Assembly: GCA_964016885.1 (NCBI GenBank)
Contig: OZ024750.1
Coordinates: 19,158,001 to 19,222,000, forward strand
Reading direction: 5' to 3'
Source of the DNA: Eledone cirrhosa
Lineage: Eukaryota
Length of the DNA: 64,000 bases
Part shown: piece by piece, positions 23,129 through 37,244 of the stretch
How the letters are laid out: each line of letters starts with the position of its first letter
Numbering within the stretch: position 1 is the stretch's first letter
Translations under genes and position numbers: made by a program
The notes under the pieces: generated by a model
Told to the model about the DNA's origin: nothing
The model's input: the letters and a program-made list of their open reading frames with translations, nothing else
The model's database searches: none

Positions 23129-24194
23129 TACCACCTCAACATGAGGACAAGATTGAACCCTGCAACGAATTGGTGCCTTGTAATTTTATTTTTTAATCTC
23201 AAATAAGACAGTGCTACGTTCTGGCTTGATGAACCGCAAGTCTTATCACAGAGTTTAAATGTTGAACACAACCATTCTATCTATTCATTTATTTTTTCCA
23301 GGAATGAATAAACCTGTCTGCAATTCCGCTATTTGCGAACTTCATTCAAACGGTTAATGCTCCATAGGTTTCTAAACAGGGTAAGACAACTGAAAGAATG
23401 TTACATAAATAAAACTTATAAAATAAATTTCACAACAAAGTTTCGTAACTTTTCACTGTATAGCTTTTAATTCTGTTGGCAGAAAACAAGAATTTACAAA
23501 ATATTTCATATTTCTTTCTTTCTTCATTTGCTTACCAATTTATATTTAGCTATTTATTCGTTTTATTTATACATTTATTTATTCGTTTATTTATTCATTT
23601 ATTCGTTTATTTAATTATTTATTCATTCGGTTATTTATTTATTTATATGGTTTTAAAGTAAAAGCATTGATTTAGTTGGTTTCATTTCTTCTTCAGCATT
23701 TCTCTCCATTACGTTTGGTGTGTGTAGCTCAAAATCTATCCTTCCGTCTTATGTGTTCTGTTGTTCATTAGGAGACATAAGAATGCACTTAAATTGCCTT
23801 AAAAATGTGCATGGCCTGCAGCATTCTTTCATTTTCAGTGAAAACATTGCATACAGTCAACAGTTTTTGTACTTACCATCCAAGAAGAATGTGAAACACT
23901 TAGATGAATCGATACCACAGATAATATTCTAATCACATGAATCATCAAATGACTCATTCTTAACTTTCCCACATCTTCAACGCTATTTTATGTTTTATTC
24001 CGCTGTTTTGTTTCGTTTTTCTATTATTTTTAGTTGTATTTTCCACCATTTAAAATTATTTTCTTTATTTCTTTTGTATTTTCTTCGGCATCATCAATAC
24101 TTGCTAGAATTAGAGCATTCAAACGAAGAAACGTCAGATTATGAAATATAACGATGCCAATGTGAAAGTGTTACATATACTTATTGCTAATGTG

Positions 24195-24224
24195 TATATA
24201 CATGTATACACACACATACATATA

Positions 24225-24263
<39 letters not shown>

Positions 24264-26562
24264 TATAAATACAAATATAAATATATATATATATATACAT
24301 ATATATATACACATATATATACACATACATATATACACATACATATATACACATACATATATACACATACTTATACATACATATACATATATATATACAT
24401 ATACATATATATACATACATATACATATACATACATATACATATACATATACATACATATACATATACATACATATACACATACATATACATATATATAC
24501 ATACATATACATACATATATATACATATACATACATATACATACATACATACACATACATATATTTATAGACATATATATACATATACACATATATATAC
24601 ATATACACATATATATACATATACACATATATATATATATACATATATTTATAGACATATATATACATATATATATATATATACATATATTTATAGACAT
24701 ATATATACATATATATATATATACATATATTTATAGACATATATATACATATATATATATATACATATATTTATAGACATATATATACATATATATATAT
24801 ATACATATATTTATAGACATATATATACATATATATATATATACATATATTTATAGACATATATATACATATATATATATATACATATATTTATAGACAT
24901 ATATATACATATACACATATATATACATATACACATATACATACATATACACATATACATACATATACACATATACATACATATACACATATATATACAT
25001 ATACACATATACATACATATACACATATACATACATATACATACATACACATACATATACACATATACATACATATACATACATACACATACATATACAC
25101 ATATACATACATATATATATATACATATATACATACATATATACATACATATATATATACATATATATACATATATATACATACATATATACATACATAT
25201 ATATACACATATATATACATATATATACACATATATATACATATATATACACATATATATACATATATATACATATATATACATATATATACACATATAT
25301 ATACATATACATATACATATATATATACATATATATATACATATATATATACATATATACATATACATATACATATATACATATACATATATACATATAT
25401 ACATATACATATACATATATACATATACATATATACATATATACATATACATATATACATATACATATATACATATATACATATACATATATATATATAT
25501 ACATATACATATATACATATACATATATACATATACATATATATATACATATATACATATACATATATATATATACATATATACATATACACATATATAC
25601 ATATACATATATACATATACATATATACATATATACATATACATATATACATATACATATACATATATACATATACATATATACATATACATATATACAT
25701 ATATACATATACATATATACATATATACATATACATATATACATATACACATATACATATACATATATATATATATACATATACACATATATATATATAC
25801 ATATATATACATATACATATACATATATATACATATATATACATATACATATACATATATACATATATATATATACATATACATATATATATATACATAT
25901 ACATACATATACATACATATACATATATATACATATACATATATACATATATATATATACATATACATATATATACATATATATATATACATATACATAT
26001 ATATACATATATATACATATATATACATATACATATATATACATATACATATATATACATATATATACATATACATATATATACATATATATACATATAT
26101 ATACATATACATATATATACATATATATACATACATATATATACATATACATATATATACATATATATACATATACATATATATACATATATATACATAT
26201 ACATATATATACATATACATATATATACATATATATACATATACATATATATACATATATATACATATACATATACATACATATATATACATATATATAC
26301 ACATATATATACATACATATACATACATATACATACATATATATACATATATATACATATATATACATATACATACATATATATACATATACATACATAT
26401 ATATACATATACATACATATACATACATATACATATATATACATATACATACATATACATACATATACGTACATATACGTACATATATATATATATACGT
26501 GTATACAAACATATATATATTGATATATACAAACATATATATATAAGTATATACACACACAC

Positions 26563-26600
<38 letters not shown>
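24195..26600. repeat. 2.4-kb (TATACA)/(TA) compound microsatellite with an internal repeated tatttatagaca-containing unit (about 24560-24910)
   Basis: Direct reading. Confidence 0.95.
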
Positions 26601-26604
<4 letters not shown>

Positions 26605-27339
26605 AATGGTTGATGGATGCAAAAAACTTGAATAGGAAAGATGGCAGTAGGTGAAGTTTCAAAAGTAATGATTTGTTTCATATTTGTGCTTTTTTGTTTT
26701 TGTGTTTTGTTAATATCCGCCATAAAACATTGTTGTGTAGTCGTTGAGTTCGATATATAACTAAATTTATTCAATCTTGATTGGAACTGACTAAATTTAA
26801 GCTTAGCACAAGTAAAATAAAGTTGATTAACAAGGCCTGACTCTGTAGTGGTAAAAATCAATGTATTATAATAATCATCGATTTGGCTGTTGTTTGAATG
26901 TTAGCATGCTGGAAAATAGGGCAAGATGAAATTTAAAAAAGAATTATGTATGTAGTGAAAGACAAAAGTATCATAGGAACAAAATGAGGAATAGAAAGAA
27001 AACAGAAAAATATACAAAAGAAAAATAAGACGAAGGTGTGAACGATAAGATTAATGTATTATAAACAAACAAGATGATATATTATTTTCGTTAAATATAA
27101 TTATTGATGGAACGTCAAATATCAATAATACAGTTCTTGGTCTTACTTTATGTCCTGTTTAAAACAAAAATAAAACATTTATTTCTGTCATGGCCGTCAA
27201 TACTCGTCAAGTTAGGTATATACACGTTTTCAAAGTATCTATGCGTATGACTATATGTGCATAACAATAGCTGTAAAAGCCAAAATTAAGTGTAAAATTA
27301 CACACTTATGTATTCTAGGTCCGAACACAGAGGAACCAA

Positions 27340-27660
27340 ACTCCCTCTGTTATCGTCTCCATCTCCCCCTCCCTCCCTATCTCTCACTATTATGAGCAAA
27401 TGGGGTCTCACGCGCTGGCTGCCCCGCAGCCCCGGCGGACAGAATAGAAATGTTTCTCCGGAGAATGGTGAGGGAGATGTGCTGGAAGAGCCATTCCAGT
27501 TCGCGAGGCTCACACTTGCAGCTAGCCAACCCTGCGCCGATGGTGGTGAGTAGGGAGGTGGTCCTAGGGCCCAGGACATCCGAAGTCTCCACTGCTAGGC
27601 TCTCGACTGCAAGCCTGTTTTCGAAATTCGTTATTTCTCTCGGATAAGTTCCTTGCAATA
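27340..27660 (-). mobile_element. CRE-clade non-LTR retrotransposon 3' fragment (RLE C-terminus)
   Basis: LAVETSDVLGPRTTSLLTTIGAGLA...EPRELEWLFQHISLTILRRNISIL resembles the CRE terminal motif P.AVET.G..GP...FL..IG......LFQRIS.AI.RGN..IL; locally GC-rich. Confidence 0.7.
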
Positions 27661-28936
27661 CCTTATATATAAAAGCCGTCTTCGTTAGTTTGTCTCATAC
27701 TCTCTGCTGTCCACTAGGTGAAGTCATAATAGATGCAGACACTCCAGAGCTTGCTTCAGAAATGGCGCAAACGGCGAAGGGAGCAGTTAACAACGTGGAT
27801 TAGAACAATATCAATTACCACCAAACTCCCCCTCTCCTCTATATCTATCTCTCCCATCCGTCTCTACATAACATGTACATAAATTGTAGCGCATATACAA
27901 ATGAATGTGTTTTTCTAGTTTGCGGAGAAAAAATTATTAGAGATGGGGCTATGGTCTCTTCCTCAGTTCCACCGCACCTACTTTTACTACTCAGCTAACA
28001 TACCATTCTATATCTACTACATATCAAATACTTTTTTTTATTATAGACTGTCACATAAACATAAATATTATCTCATTATGTCTAATGAAAATTATGTGAA
28101 GTTTATTCAGTTAAACAAATTATTATCTAATCGATTCTAAATTTATAGATATTTCTAAATTAAATCCCGAGAATAATTAATTAGATATTAATGAAAACAA
28201 AAATTGAATACTTGACGTCTGTTTAATTATACAAAATGAATCATTTCGACCGTTAAAAATACAAACATGTTTTATAAATGAGTGATTGTTTTAACTACAT
28301 GATACGGTGGGGGATTGTTTTATACTTCCATTTACTGCCATTATCTCTAAACGAAATTATCTAAAATGTTGTAGACATTATGTATTCATTACATCATCTA
28401 TCTATATATCAATCAAATATTATCTACAGCATCAGGTCAGGAGTAGTACAAATAAAGTGCCAGTCAATGAGCATAGGTGCATCCGCTAATTTATATAGGT
28501 GGCAAAATGTTAGAGGTGTTATAGATAGGCGGCGAACTGATAAGAGCGCTAGAGGCTCTGATGAAATGTTCTGTAGTAGTTTATTCCGGCTATTTGTGTT
28601 TAGAGTTCAAATCTTGCCGTATCCTATGTAAGTGATGAAGTTGGTCAGTTGCCTGTGTTCACACTGCTATCTGAGCCCCTGCTGTCTTTAGTAAATAAAG
28701 TCCAATCAGTTACATCAATTCTACGTAGTACTCTGGTTTGAGGATATACTCCTACCTCAACCCCATTAGCCTCGCAGACCATGAAAATGGCTACGAGAAC
28801 TGCAATTGCTATTGATTAAATGTGAAAAATATGGAAATTAGTATAAATTTAAAAATTATACCTTCTTGCCAAAAGTGATGAACATGAAGAGAAAATATTT
28901 CCCAATTTCTATCACGATTGACCATGGGATATATAT

Positions 28937-29087
28937 ATAGGAAAAGAGTCAGGACCCCCGTTTCGAAACGGCCGGAGCTCAGCCGTCGGGGTCCTGACTC
29001 TTTTCCTATTACCCACTCTACTACCCCAAGTATCGAGTATTCTGGCGCATTATGGTCCACCTGGTTCCTTATCACACTTCTCTCGTT
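28937..29087 (+). mobile_element. Fold-back miniature element B
   Basis: ataggaaaagagtcaggacccc-cgtttcgaaacg...ggggtcctgactcttttcctat plus the same tail as element A; stem II and the left-arm stem III are missing. Confidence 0.85.
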
Positions 29088-29102
29088 CTCTCTATATATA
29101 TA

Positions 29103-29615
29103 TTATTCATGTGACAGCCATAATTTCATTTATAACTAATCAAATTACATTTATAAATAAAAGCCTTCGTGAGCCCTTTTTTTTAATAAAAAAAAAATTG
29201 AAACAAACTGGCGCAAAAGCTGATGTGCTTATTCACGTGAGTGCAACAACCAACCAAACTTCACTCATATATGAAAAAAAAACAACCTGAGCCCCCCCGT
29301 GTTTGAAGAACTTTGTAACGCGAACTGGCGCGAAATTTATTATACTTATTGACCAACCAATCAAATTACTTCTCTAAAAACCTGGCGTTTCCAGCCACTT
29401 TTTTCCATTTAAAACAAGTAACATTCTAAGACACTCCATCTTAACTCTACTTTTGAAAAGCAGAACTGCGAAACCGGTAAAGGAACCAAATAAATATATA
29501 TATTTTTTTCAAATAAGACTCTAGTTGCATTTTCGATTTCATCTTTTTTCTTTATACTTTCACTCGTGTAGGACACCTCGGTTATTTTTCATTTTGCAAA
29601 AAAACCTCACTTTTT
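29103..29615 (+). mobile_element. Interspersed repeat (Penelope-like terminal repeat, U3A8-hammerhead family), copy 1
   Basis: Colinear with 36555-36975 and 50570-50805; contains ttgaaaa-gcag..ctgc-gaaaccggta at 29450-29482. Confidence 0.75.
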
Positions 29616-29701
29616 TTAATATATATATATATTTATATATATATTATATATATATGTTGATTTAACACTTCAGTGCTCGCAAATGTTTTTTAAGCTTCAT
29701 A

Positions 29702-29788
29702 CCATGTCTCCCTATTTTATCTGATGAGAACGCAAATATCATCCCATGATGATATTTGTTTTTGAAATGCGCATAATAAAATACATGG
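29702..29788 (+). ncRNA. Type I hammerhead ribozyme fold, near-canonical
   Basis: ccatg(tctccc bulge)tattttat-CTGATGA-16-position stem II with ccat loop-GAAA-tgcgca-TA-ataaaata-catgg; predicted cleavage after 29775; lies in a ~160-bp island between (TA)n tracts. Confidence 0.82.
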
Positions 29789-29839
29789 AACTCCTTTAAC
29801 CATCTTTTGATTTTATATTATATTTATATATATATTTTA

Positions 29840-29990
29840 CTTGACCATGGGATTTGCATCTAGGAAGTTCCCCTCCAAGGTATAAATCCGGGCAAGGATG
29901 TTTGTGGAAGACCAGCAGTCATCCATGCATACCAGTATCCCCTTTCCACGCCACCGATGTTGTACAATGGAAAGACAAAGGCTGATACAT
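29840..29990 (-). repeat. Interspersed repeat fragment (probably retroelement-derived)
   Basis: GC-richer island resembling a common octopus repeat; recognised from memory only. Confidence 0.35.
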
Positions 29991-30411
29991 CGAATGCAGG
30001 TTCAGATGAACACCAAGAATATCTATTGACAGATGGTTTCCAAGAACTAATTTAGCTGAGATAGCGACAAATATTATGTTTATTTAAGAATATTACCTAA
30101 TAGAAGAAAAGTCACCAATATATTTCATAGAATATATCCTTCTGTTGTGCTCTATTAAGCACATGACCTCATTTTCAGACATCTGATCAGTTGAGAGGAT
30201 AAATTCCAACGAACATTCGTTCAGTCTTATAATTATGTCACCGTTTCTGAGAGCCTTTATGTATGCGCGTGTGTGTGCATGCATATATGACATATATATA
30301 AACATACGCATACATACGTACATAGAAAACATACACGGATATATTTATGTACATCCACACATACACACATATATATATATATGTGTGTATGTGTGTGTAT
30401 GTGTGTTTACG

Positions 30412-30444
<33 letters not shown>

Positions 30445-30456
30445 ATGTGTGTTTAC

Positions 30457-30494
<38 letters not shown>

Positions 30495-32880
30495 GTACAT
30501 ATGCAGCAATTCGTACGCCTCTCAGATTTGCTAAATATAATTGACTTTCTTGACTTTCTGCATTTCTCTAATTCGGTGAATGTGTCTACATGTGCCGAGT
30601 ATTAAGACTGTCTCTACGGATTATACGATCACACGGATGACAGAACAACACGATACAATTCATTGTGACTGAAAGGCCACTTGGTAGTTATCGTAAACTT
30701 GTGTGAAATAGCAACGCAGATTTCAGCAATAACAAATGCACTTCTAGTTCTCAATGAACATAATTAGATATGTCGAATTCATTTTAGTCCAGTGACTCAG
30801 TGCTAGCGATTAGCTTTGCAAATAGCAGGAAGCTTCAATGAACTTGACAGGCATCTTTTTTAATTAAGATATCGATCTCTGACATAGACATAGGAAAGTA
30901 GAGGAAGAGTAGAGGTGTGTGTGTGCGTGTGTGTGTGCGTGTGCGTGTGTGTGTGTGATATGTTGTGGTGTGATATGTTGTGGTGTGATGTGGTGCGGTG
31001 TTGTGATGGTGATGATGTAGGGTGTTGTAGTGTGATGTGCTGTGATGTGGTGTGGTGTAATGTGCTACGGTGTGGTGTGGGTCTGGTGTGGGTCTGGTGT
31101 GGGTCTGGTGTGGTGTATGTAGAGTAGGGGTAACATTTAACAGAGCAGCAAGGGCAGCTAGTGAGAGACGTTGATATGAATATAGCTAACCGATGACAGT
31201 TGTTGCGTTACTTACTAATTATGTCTAACACTCTGATTAATATCAACATTAAACGAAATATATTGAAATAAAGTCCAGCTACGCAGTTCGACTGCAAATT
31301 TGTATATTTAGCGAAAGTTTTATTCGCTTCAAGTTTATTTCTTCCTGATTAGATTTCATTCGGCGTTATGTTATGTTAGGCCAAAGTATTGTGGAAATAG
31401 TGTCTAGCTAGCGGCGAAACTGGGGATCAATATTCGATGACTGACATGGTATAGTTTTAGAAATTCACCTTCGGCAAAGAATCTATAAGTTTGTTAGGAA
31501 TCAACTTCCGTCTGTTTCGACGATATATGTTTGATCACTGATGAAATTAATATGGAAATGACTGAGCATTCCACAGACACATAGATCCTTAACACTATTA
31601 TCAGAGAGATTCAGCGTGGCACAGTATGTGATATGATTGGTCCTTTGAATTAATAGATTCAGATTATCCGACCTGCTCCGAAACAGTTTACGTCCACCCA
31701 ACTTCACTCACAAGTCGTGCGTCGACCAGAAGTTATGAAAATTAGGACCGAAAGATTGTGAAAGGAATTTCTTAACCCTTCGTTCATGCTGCGTCCATAT
31801 GCTGGCTTAATATTTAATGTTAACACACGAATATTTGGAACCGATTGGCTGTGTTGTGTTATATCCATGGCCCAGAAAATTAACAAAAGACTCAAATTTA
31901 GATACAAATAAGACTAGGACAATATCAATCCATGGAAGGAGTTTATTTGTGGTTGTTGTTGATGGTGGCAGTGGTGGTGTTCTTGATGATGGTAGTGGTG
32001 TTTTTCTTGTTGTTGACTGTGTTGTGGTTGTTTTTATTGGTGGTCGTGTTGTTTTTTGGTGTTCTTTTGCCTCGAGTGTCAGCCCTCATTGTGTTGTAAG
32101 ATAGTTTTGCATTTACTGTTCACGCATGAATCTCTGGAACTTTTGTGTTGTGTTCGTTTACCAGCAAATGAACGATAGTATACCCTTTAGCTAACACGAA
32201 ATATTCAAAATGTTTAGAAACAAATATATTTGCAACCATTAGCCTTAGAAAATGGATCAGTTTAGTTGCTTCTGCTACTGTTACAGTTATTGTTGCTATT
32301 GTGTAACCAATGTTAATTCTGATTATGGAGACTTATGACCAAATGTATTCCAAAAAGGACTATACAATGTTTCTTTTAAATATATCCAGCATTACAGTTT
32401 CTAACATCCACTTCCCCATTAAAAAAAAAAAAAGAATATTGGTTTAGATGCGAGAAAATGTTGATTACTATTCCTAATAGTTCATGAAGTCTCATAGTCT
32501 CACTAGATTTCTATTAAAATTTCAGACCAGAATTCTTATGATTTATGGGTATTGAGCAGAAAACAATGAGACGTTATATAATACTTCAAAGCCTCTTGAT
32601 CATTGAAGCATTGCAGCAGATATGGCAGACTGGTTAAGAATTTTGCTCTGCAGCAATTATATAATTCACAGCATCGTTGATCGACTAAAGATTTGTAAGT
32701 AAAATTCTTTTAACAGAACTTGTGTGGGGGCCGGTCGTAATGATTCTAATTTCACCTGGGCGTAGAATTCATACAAATTGGATTAACCCAAACCATCACT
32801 AGCGACAATAACAACAACAAAACAGCAACACCAAGAACACTATCACCACCACAAACGAACACGAGTGCCATTACAACCTA

Positions 32881-33072
32881 AGGGCGGAGGATTGGCAGTA
32901 TCGGTAGAGGGTCGGACGCCATGCTTTGCAGTAAAGAGTTACGGCCCTTTACGGTCTGAGTTCAATCCCGCCGAGGTTAACTTTTTCTTTCATCCTTACG
33001 GGGTCGATAAAATAAAGTATCAGTAATACACTGGGATAATTGCTGGCCTTGTGCCAAAGGTAGAAACAATTA
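32881..33072 (+). mobile_element. tRNA-derived SINE, full length
   Basis: Same A/B boxes, core and tail as 19411-19603. Confidence 0.92.
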
Positions 33073-34509
33073 ATGAGATTTTTTTTAAAACTAGACCTGA
33101 TTTCTTTTGGAACCAGATCTGATCTCTATTGGAACCAGATCTCTGGTCTGAGAATGTCTTTTCTTTGCAGTAATTTCTTGTCATTGGAAGGGTTACAAAA
33201 ACTACTGTTTACGACTCTTACTAAGACATTAAAATATAATATTTTATGTAAAACTTTACCATAGAATCTAGGATACGTAACCATGGCAAAGACATTCGGG
33301 CTGTCATTTCTTGCCAATAAACTCAGATGCTATTTAAGGGAACAGATGCACTACTGATTAAAGTTTTAAATATAAAATTCCTTATCTACATTCATTACCA
33401 TGGAAACTGGAAATGTGAACATGGATCAGATATCCGAAATGTGGATAATGTATTTTCTTGCCAGCAGTTTCAACTCCCCTTACAAGGATCATAGTTTTGT
33501 CGTTTCGACATGTAGATATCTTATCTACATTCTTTACACTGGAATCTGCAATTCTTGTTGATTACGTGATCATGTGTGATTGTCAAAGAGCAGCATTCAT
33601 AAGTGATTTATGTCGGAAGATGGTGAATAGGATTCTACCTACGGCCATCCATGTATACACTGACATTTCAATTTAGAGTGATTTCACTGTATGTGTATTC
33701 GTCATTGATAAACTTGGAAAATTTACGCAAGTCACACATCAAATTATGTTCGCCTTCCTGAAATACATAAGTTAATTCAAAGACGGGTGATGGAAACTGC
33801 TGTTTAGCAATATTAGCAATAGTCAAACAGAATATACAATCGATTTCAAAATATATTTATGAATAACGATGCAGTCTGAATACAATCAAATAGCAAAAGA
33901 ATACACATACACAAACACAAACACACATATACACATATATACAGGCATATTTGTATATACACATCAATATATACATAATACACACATATATGCATACATG
34001 TACAGATATATGCATATAAGCTGCCACTCAGTTTCAAAGAAAAGTTGAATACTAAATTTTATTGAAATTGAAAATATTCACAATTTCACAAATTGTTAGT
34101 CCGAGTTTAACATTACCGATCTTCGCGTAATATATCTAGAGAGAGCCTTCCTTCACACATATATAGTCACACATATACACCCACACATATATAAACAAAT
34201 AACACACATAGATACACACACACATGGATATTAACATTATTCTTTAATAACATCAAATTTTCGTGTACCCTTCACCGTCTTGACCTCTTTTCATCCCCAA
34301 AGTATTCTTTTCATTCAAAGTATTCTTTCCATTCAAAACTTAAGTCTGCATTCCTCTACTCCTAAATTAAATTTCTACTACTACTATTCTATCAACTTGA
34401 CCTCTTACTACTTTTCTATTGGTCAATTCAAAACCTGTTCCCAAATAGACCTATTATATTAAATCTTTGTTGTTTTTTTCAATAAACAAATATCATTATT
34501 TCTGAAGAC

Positions 34510-34684
34510 TTGGCAGTATCAGTAGAGGGTCGGACGCCATGCATTCCAGCATAGTTACGTCCCTTTACGGTCTGAGTTCAAATCCCGCCGAGGTTGACTT
34601 TGCCTTTCATCCTTACGGGGTCGATAAAATAAAGTACCAGTAATGCACTGGGTAATTGCTGGCCTTGTGCCTAAAGTAGAAACA
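34510..34684 (+). mobile_element. tRNA-derived SINE with 15-bp TSD
   Basis: TSD attatttctgaagac at 34495-34509 and 34685-34699. Confidence 0.95.
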
Positions 34685-34864
34685 ATTATTTCTGAAGACA
34701 GTATATATATGTGATGGTATATATTTCCTCCGATAGTTTGTAAAACTTTTACATAGATCTATATGATATACATACCAACACACATATATATCTTAGAAAC
34801 GATATAAATGATGAATTTTTTAATATAAGGAATTTGTTCTTTGTTTTTTTCATTGTTTTTATTA

Positions 34865-34895
<31 letters not shown>

Positions 34896-34924
34896 CGGTG
34901 CATACTATGTTGGTATATATATTT

Positions 34925-35322
34925 TTTCTCTGACCTCGCGTCGGTGTGTGTGAGTGTGTGTGTACTCACTCACACTAATTGTGACCGACCGAAATTCTAC
35001 AGATTTGATGTTGAGATTAGACCTGTCTAGCGTCTTTTACAGCTATTGAGAGATAGAGACTTGATAGATTTATGATCCTGACTGAAGACGATAGCAATTG
35101 GCGTGTTTTGGCTGCTGAATCTTCATATGGGGAACAGAACTCTAGTGAGTGAACATCGTTTGTTTTCCTCCCTCATAACAAAGATTTGAAGACTATTCAT
35201 TATTCACCTGATGAGATCAGTGGTAATTGATCATGACCACACGATCGATCTGTCTCTTATTGAAACATGTCTCGTGATTAAAATGATTAAAAATTTATAC
35301 CATGCCTTCGGATCTTTAGTTT
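34925..35322 (+). mobile_element. Decayed Penelope-like terminal-repeat fragment(s) with disrupted hammerhead motif
   Basis: ttcac-CTGATGA-gatcagtgg...gatc...GAAACATGTC-tc-gtga at about 35203-35277; bounded by (TA)n. Confidence 0.5.
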
Positions 35323-35349
35323 GATATATATATATATATATATAAATGG

Positions 35350-35793
35350 TTAGTTCCACAACAAATTAGCAAGCTATACTCGAGGACGTGCGTTTCACCT
35401 AGCAGATTTTTCACCTAGCAGATTTTCAAAACTCGAGTGAGGTTGTACTGAGAATGGAAGTGTATACGAGTTGACTTTGTAGTTACATAACATGTACTTC
35501 ACAGCGTGCGGGCAGCGAATAAAAATAGCGGATCTTTTGTTGAAACATCTAATATAACGTAATCTCTGCCAGATATTCATTCTTTCATCGATACACAGCC
35601 TACAGAACACATTCCAATTTCCGTCTTCCCTGCATCAGTTTAACTTCAGTTCTCTCTCTTATCGCCGTCAATTGCTCAAAATCCAGTCAGCTCATATACA
35701 CCTCCGTTCCCACCACAACCTCACCCGGGTTGAAAATCCGCAAGGAGAGACGTGCATCCTAGAGTATGGTTTGTAAATTTATTGTGGAACTAA
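35350..35793. mobile_element. Old MITE-like element with long degenerate terminal inverted repeats
   Basis: ttagttccacaacaaattagcaagctatactcgaggacg...gtgaggttgt...gagttgact matches the reverse complement of about 35685-35793 over roughly 110 bp. Confidence 0.7.
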
Positions 35794-35911
35794 TTCTATA
35801 CCGAGCTGCTCATCCTTTGGACTGAATGGTTTATGTACTACGGATATAACCTCCTGTTTTGTAACCACTATAGAGAGAGAGAGAGAGCGAGAGAGCGAGA
35901 GAGCGAGAGAG

Positions 35912-36101
35912 AGAAAAAAGTATGACCCCGACGGCAGAGCTCAAGCCGTTTCGATGGCTATTTCTGGACTGAAATCGCCGTCGAAACGGCTTGATCTCTG
36001 CGGTCAGGGTCATACTATTTCCTATTACCCACTCTACTACCATAAGTATTGAGTACTCTGGTGCGTTATGGTCCATCTGGTTCCTTACGACAACTCCTTC
36101 G

Positions 36102-36103
<2 letters not shown>
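35912..36103 (+). mobile_element. Fold-back miniature element C
   Basis: Same hairpin and tail as element A; between (GA)n and (TA)n. Confidence 0.85.
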
Positions 36104-36145
<42 letters not shown>

Positions 36146-36381
36146 CATAGATAACAATCACATTTTGTTAAGTCATTTAATTGCTAACGATTGTTTCTTC
36201 CGGACATAGGTCTGGAATCATCAGAGTATATAAACTATTAAAACAAATAAATTCCTGCTCTGTAGTATATCTGGTATCTTAAATTGAGCTAATAATCTTA
36301 CTTGTAATCGGGTAATACACAATATTACCCTTATCTTATTTATAATTATATATATAAGTATAACTATATATATATATATAA

Positions 36382-36418
36382 ACTCTGACACCTGAACTCT
36401 GACACCTGAACTCTGACA
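36382..36418. repeat. 14-bp tandem repeat (aactctgacacctg), about 2.6 copies
   Basis: Direct reading. Confidence 0.8.
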
Positions 36419-36554
36419 GCTGGCCATATTCACTGAACCAGAACATTTCTCCCAATCCCTTTTCCCTTGACCACTATCTCTCCATTGTCATAACATTCAC
36501 TATAAAGACTACAGAATAGTTTTCCAAATAAGGGCGCAAAAATGTAATGAAAAC

Positions 36555-36970
36555 TTGTTCACGTGACAGCCAAATTTCATTTATAACCAACCAAAAAAAA
36601 AAAGCCTTCGTGAGCCTCATTTTTTCAAGTAAAAAGAAATTCAAACACTCATATATGAAAAAACAACCTGTGACAACCCCCCCTCTCTTATTTGAAGAAC
36701 TATTGTAACGTGAACTGGCGCGAAATTTATTATAATTATTGACAAACCAATCAAATTACTTCTCGAAAAACCTGGTTTTCGAGCCACTTTTTCCATATAA
36801 AACAAGTAACATTTAGAGACCAACCAGATGTGAGAAAAACCACAGACCCTCCATCTCAACTCACCTTTTGAAAAGCAGAAGAACTGCGAAACCGGTAAAG
36901 GAACCAAATAAATATATATATTTTTAAAAAAAATAAGACTTCAGTTGCATTTTCGATTTCATCCCTTTTT

Positions 36971-36975
<5 letters not shown>
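36555..36975 (+). mobile_element. Penelope-like terminal repeat, U3A8-hammerhead family, copy 2
   Basis: Homologous to 29103-29615; ends at (TA)n. Confidence 0.75.
36864..36901 (+). ncRNA. Minimal type I hammerhead fold with U3-A8 core variant
   Basis: cctt-TTGAAAA-gcag(aagaa)ctgc-GAAA-ccgg-TA-aagg: perfect stems I and II, palindromic stem III (accggt), GUA triplet. Confidence 0.7.
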
Positions 36976-37013
<38 letters not shown>

Positions 37014-37198
37014 CACACACATATATATATACATATATATTTATATATATATATATACAGACACACACATATATATATACATATATATTTATATATATAT
37101 ATATACAGACACACACATATATATATACATATATATTTATATATATATATATACAGACACACACATATATATATAAATATATATTTATATACATGCAT

Positions 37199-37244
<46 letters not shown>

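Noticed and set aside
20654-26861. Long Y/I/M/V/C-rich ORFs (also at 4578-5379, 9217-10182, 15174-15644, 54710-55421, 58660-59250, 62169-63370)
   Set aside because: Translations of microsatellites that lack stop codons by composition.
27662-27720. Helitron-like 5' end (cttatatataaaag...gttagtttgtc)
   Set aside because: No matching 3' hairpin-CTRR terminus could be tied to it.
31535-31570. CTGATGA...GAAA hammerhead candidate (also 28558, 50268, and 53950-54000 minus)
   Set aside because: No convincing stem I or stem II pairing.
32881-32970. tRNA gene
   Set aside because: A/B boxes belong to a SINE head; no cloverleaf.
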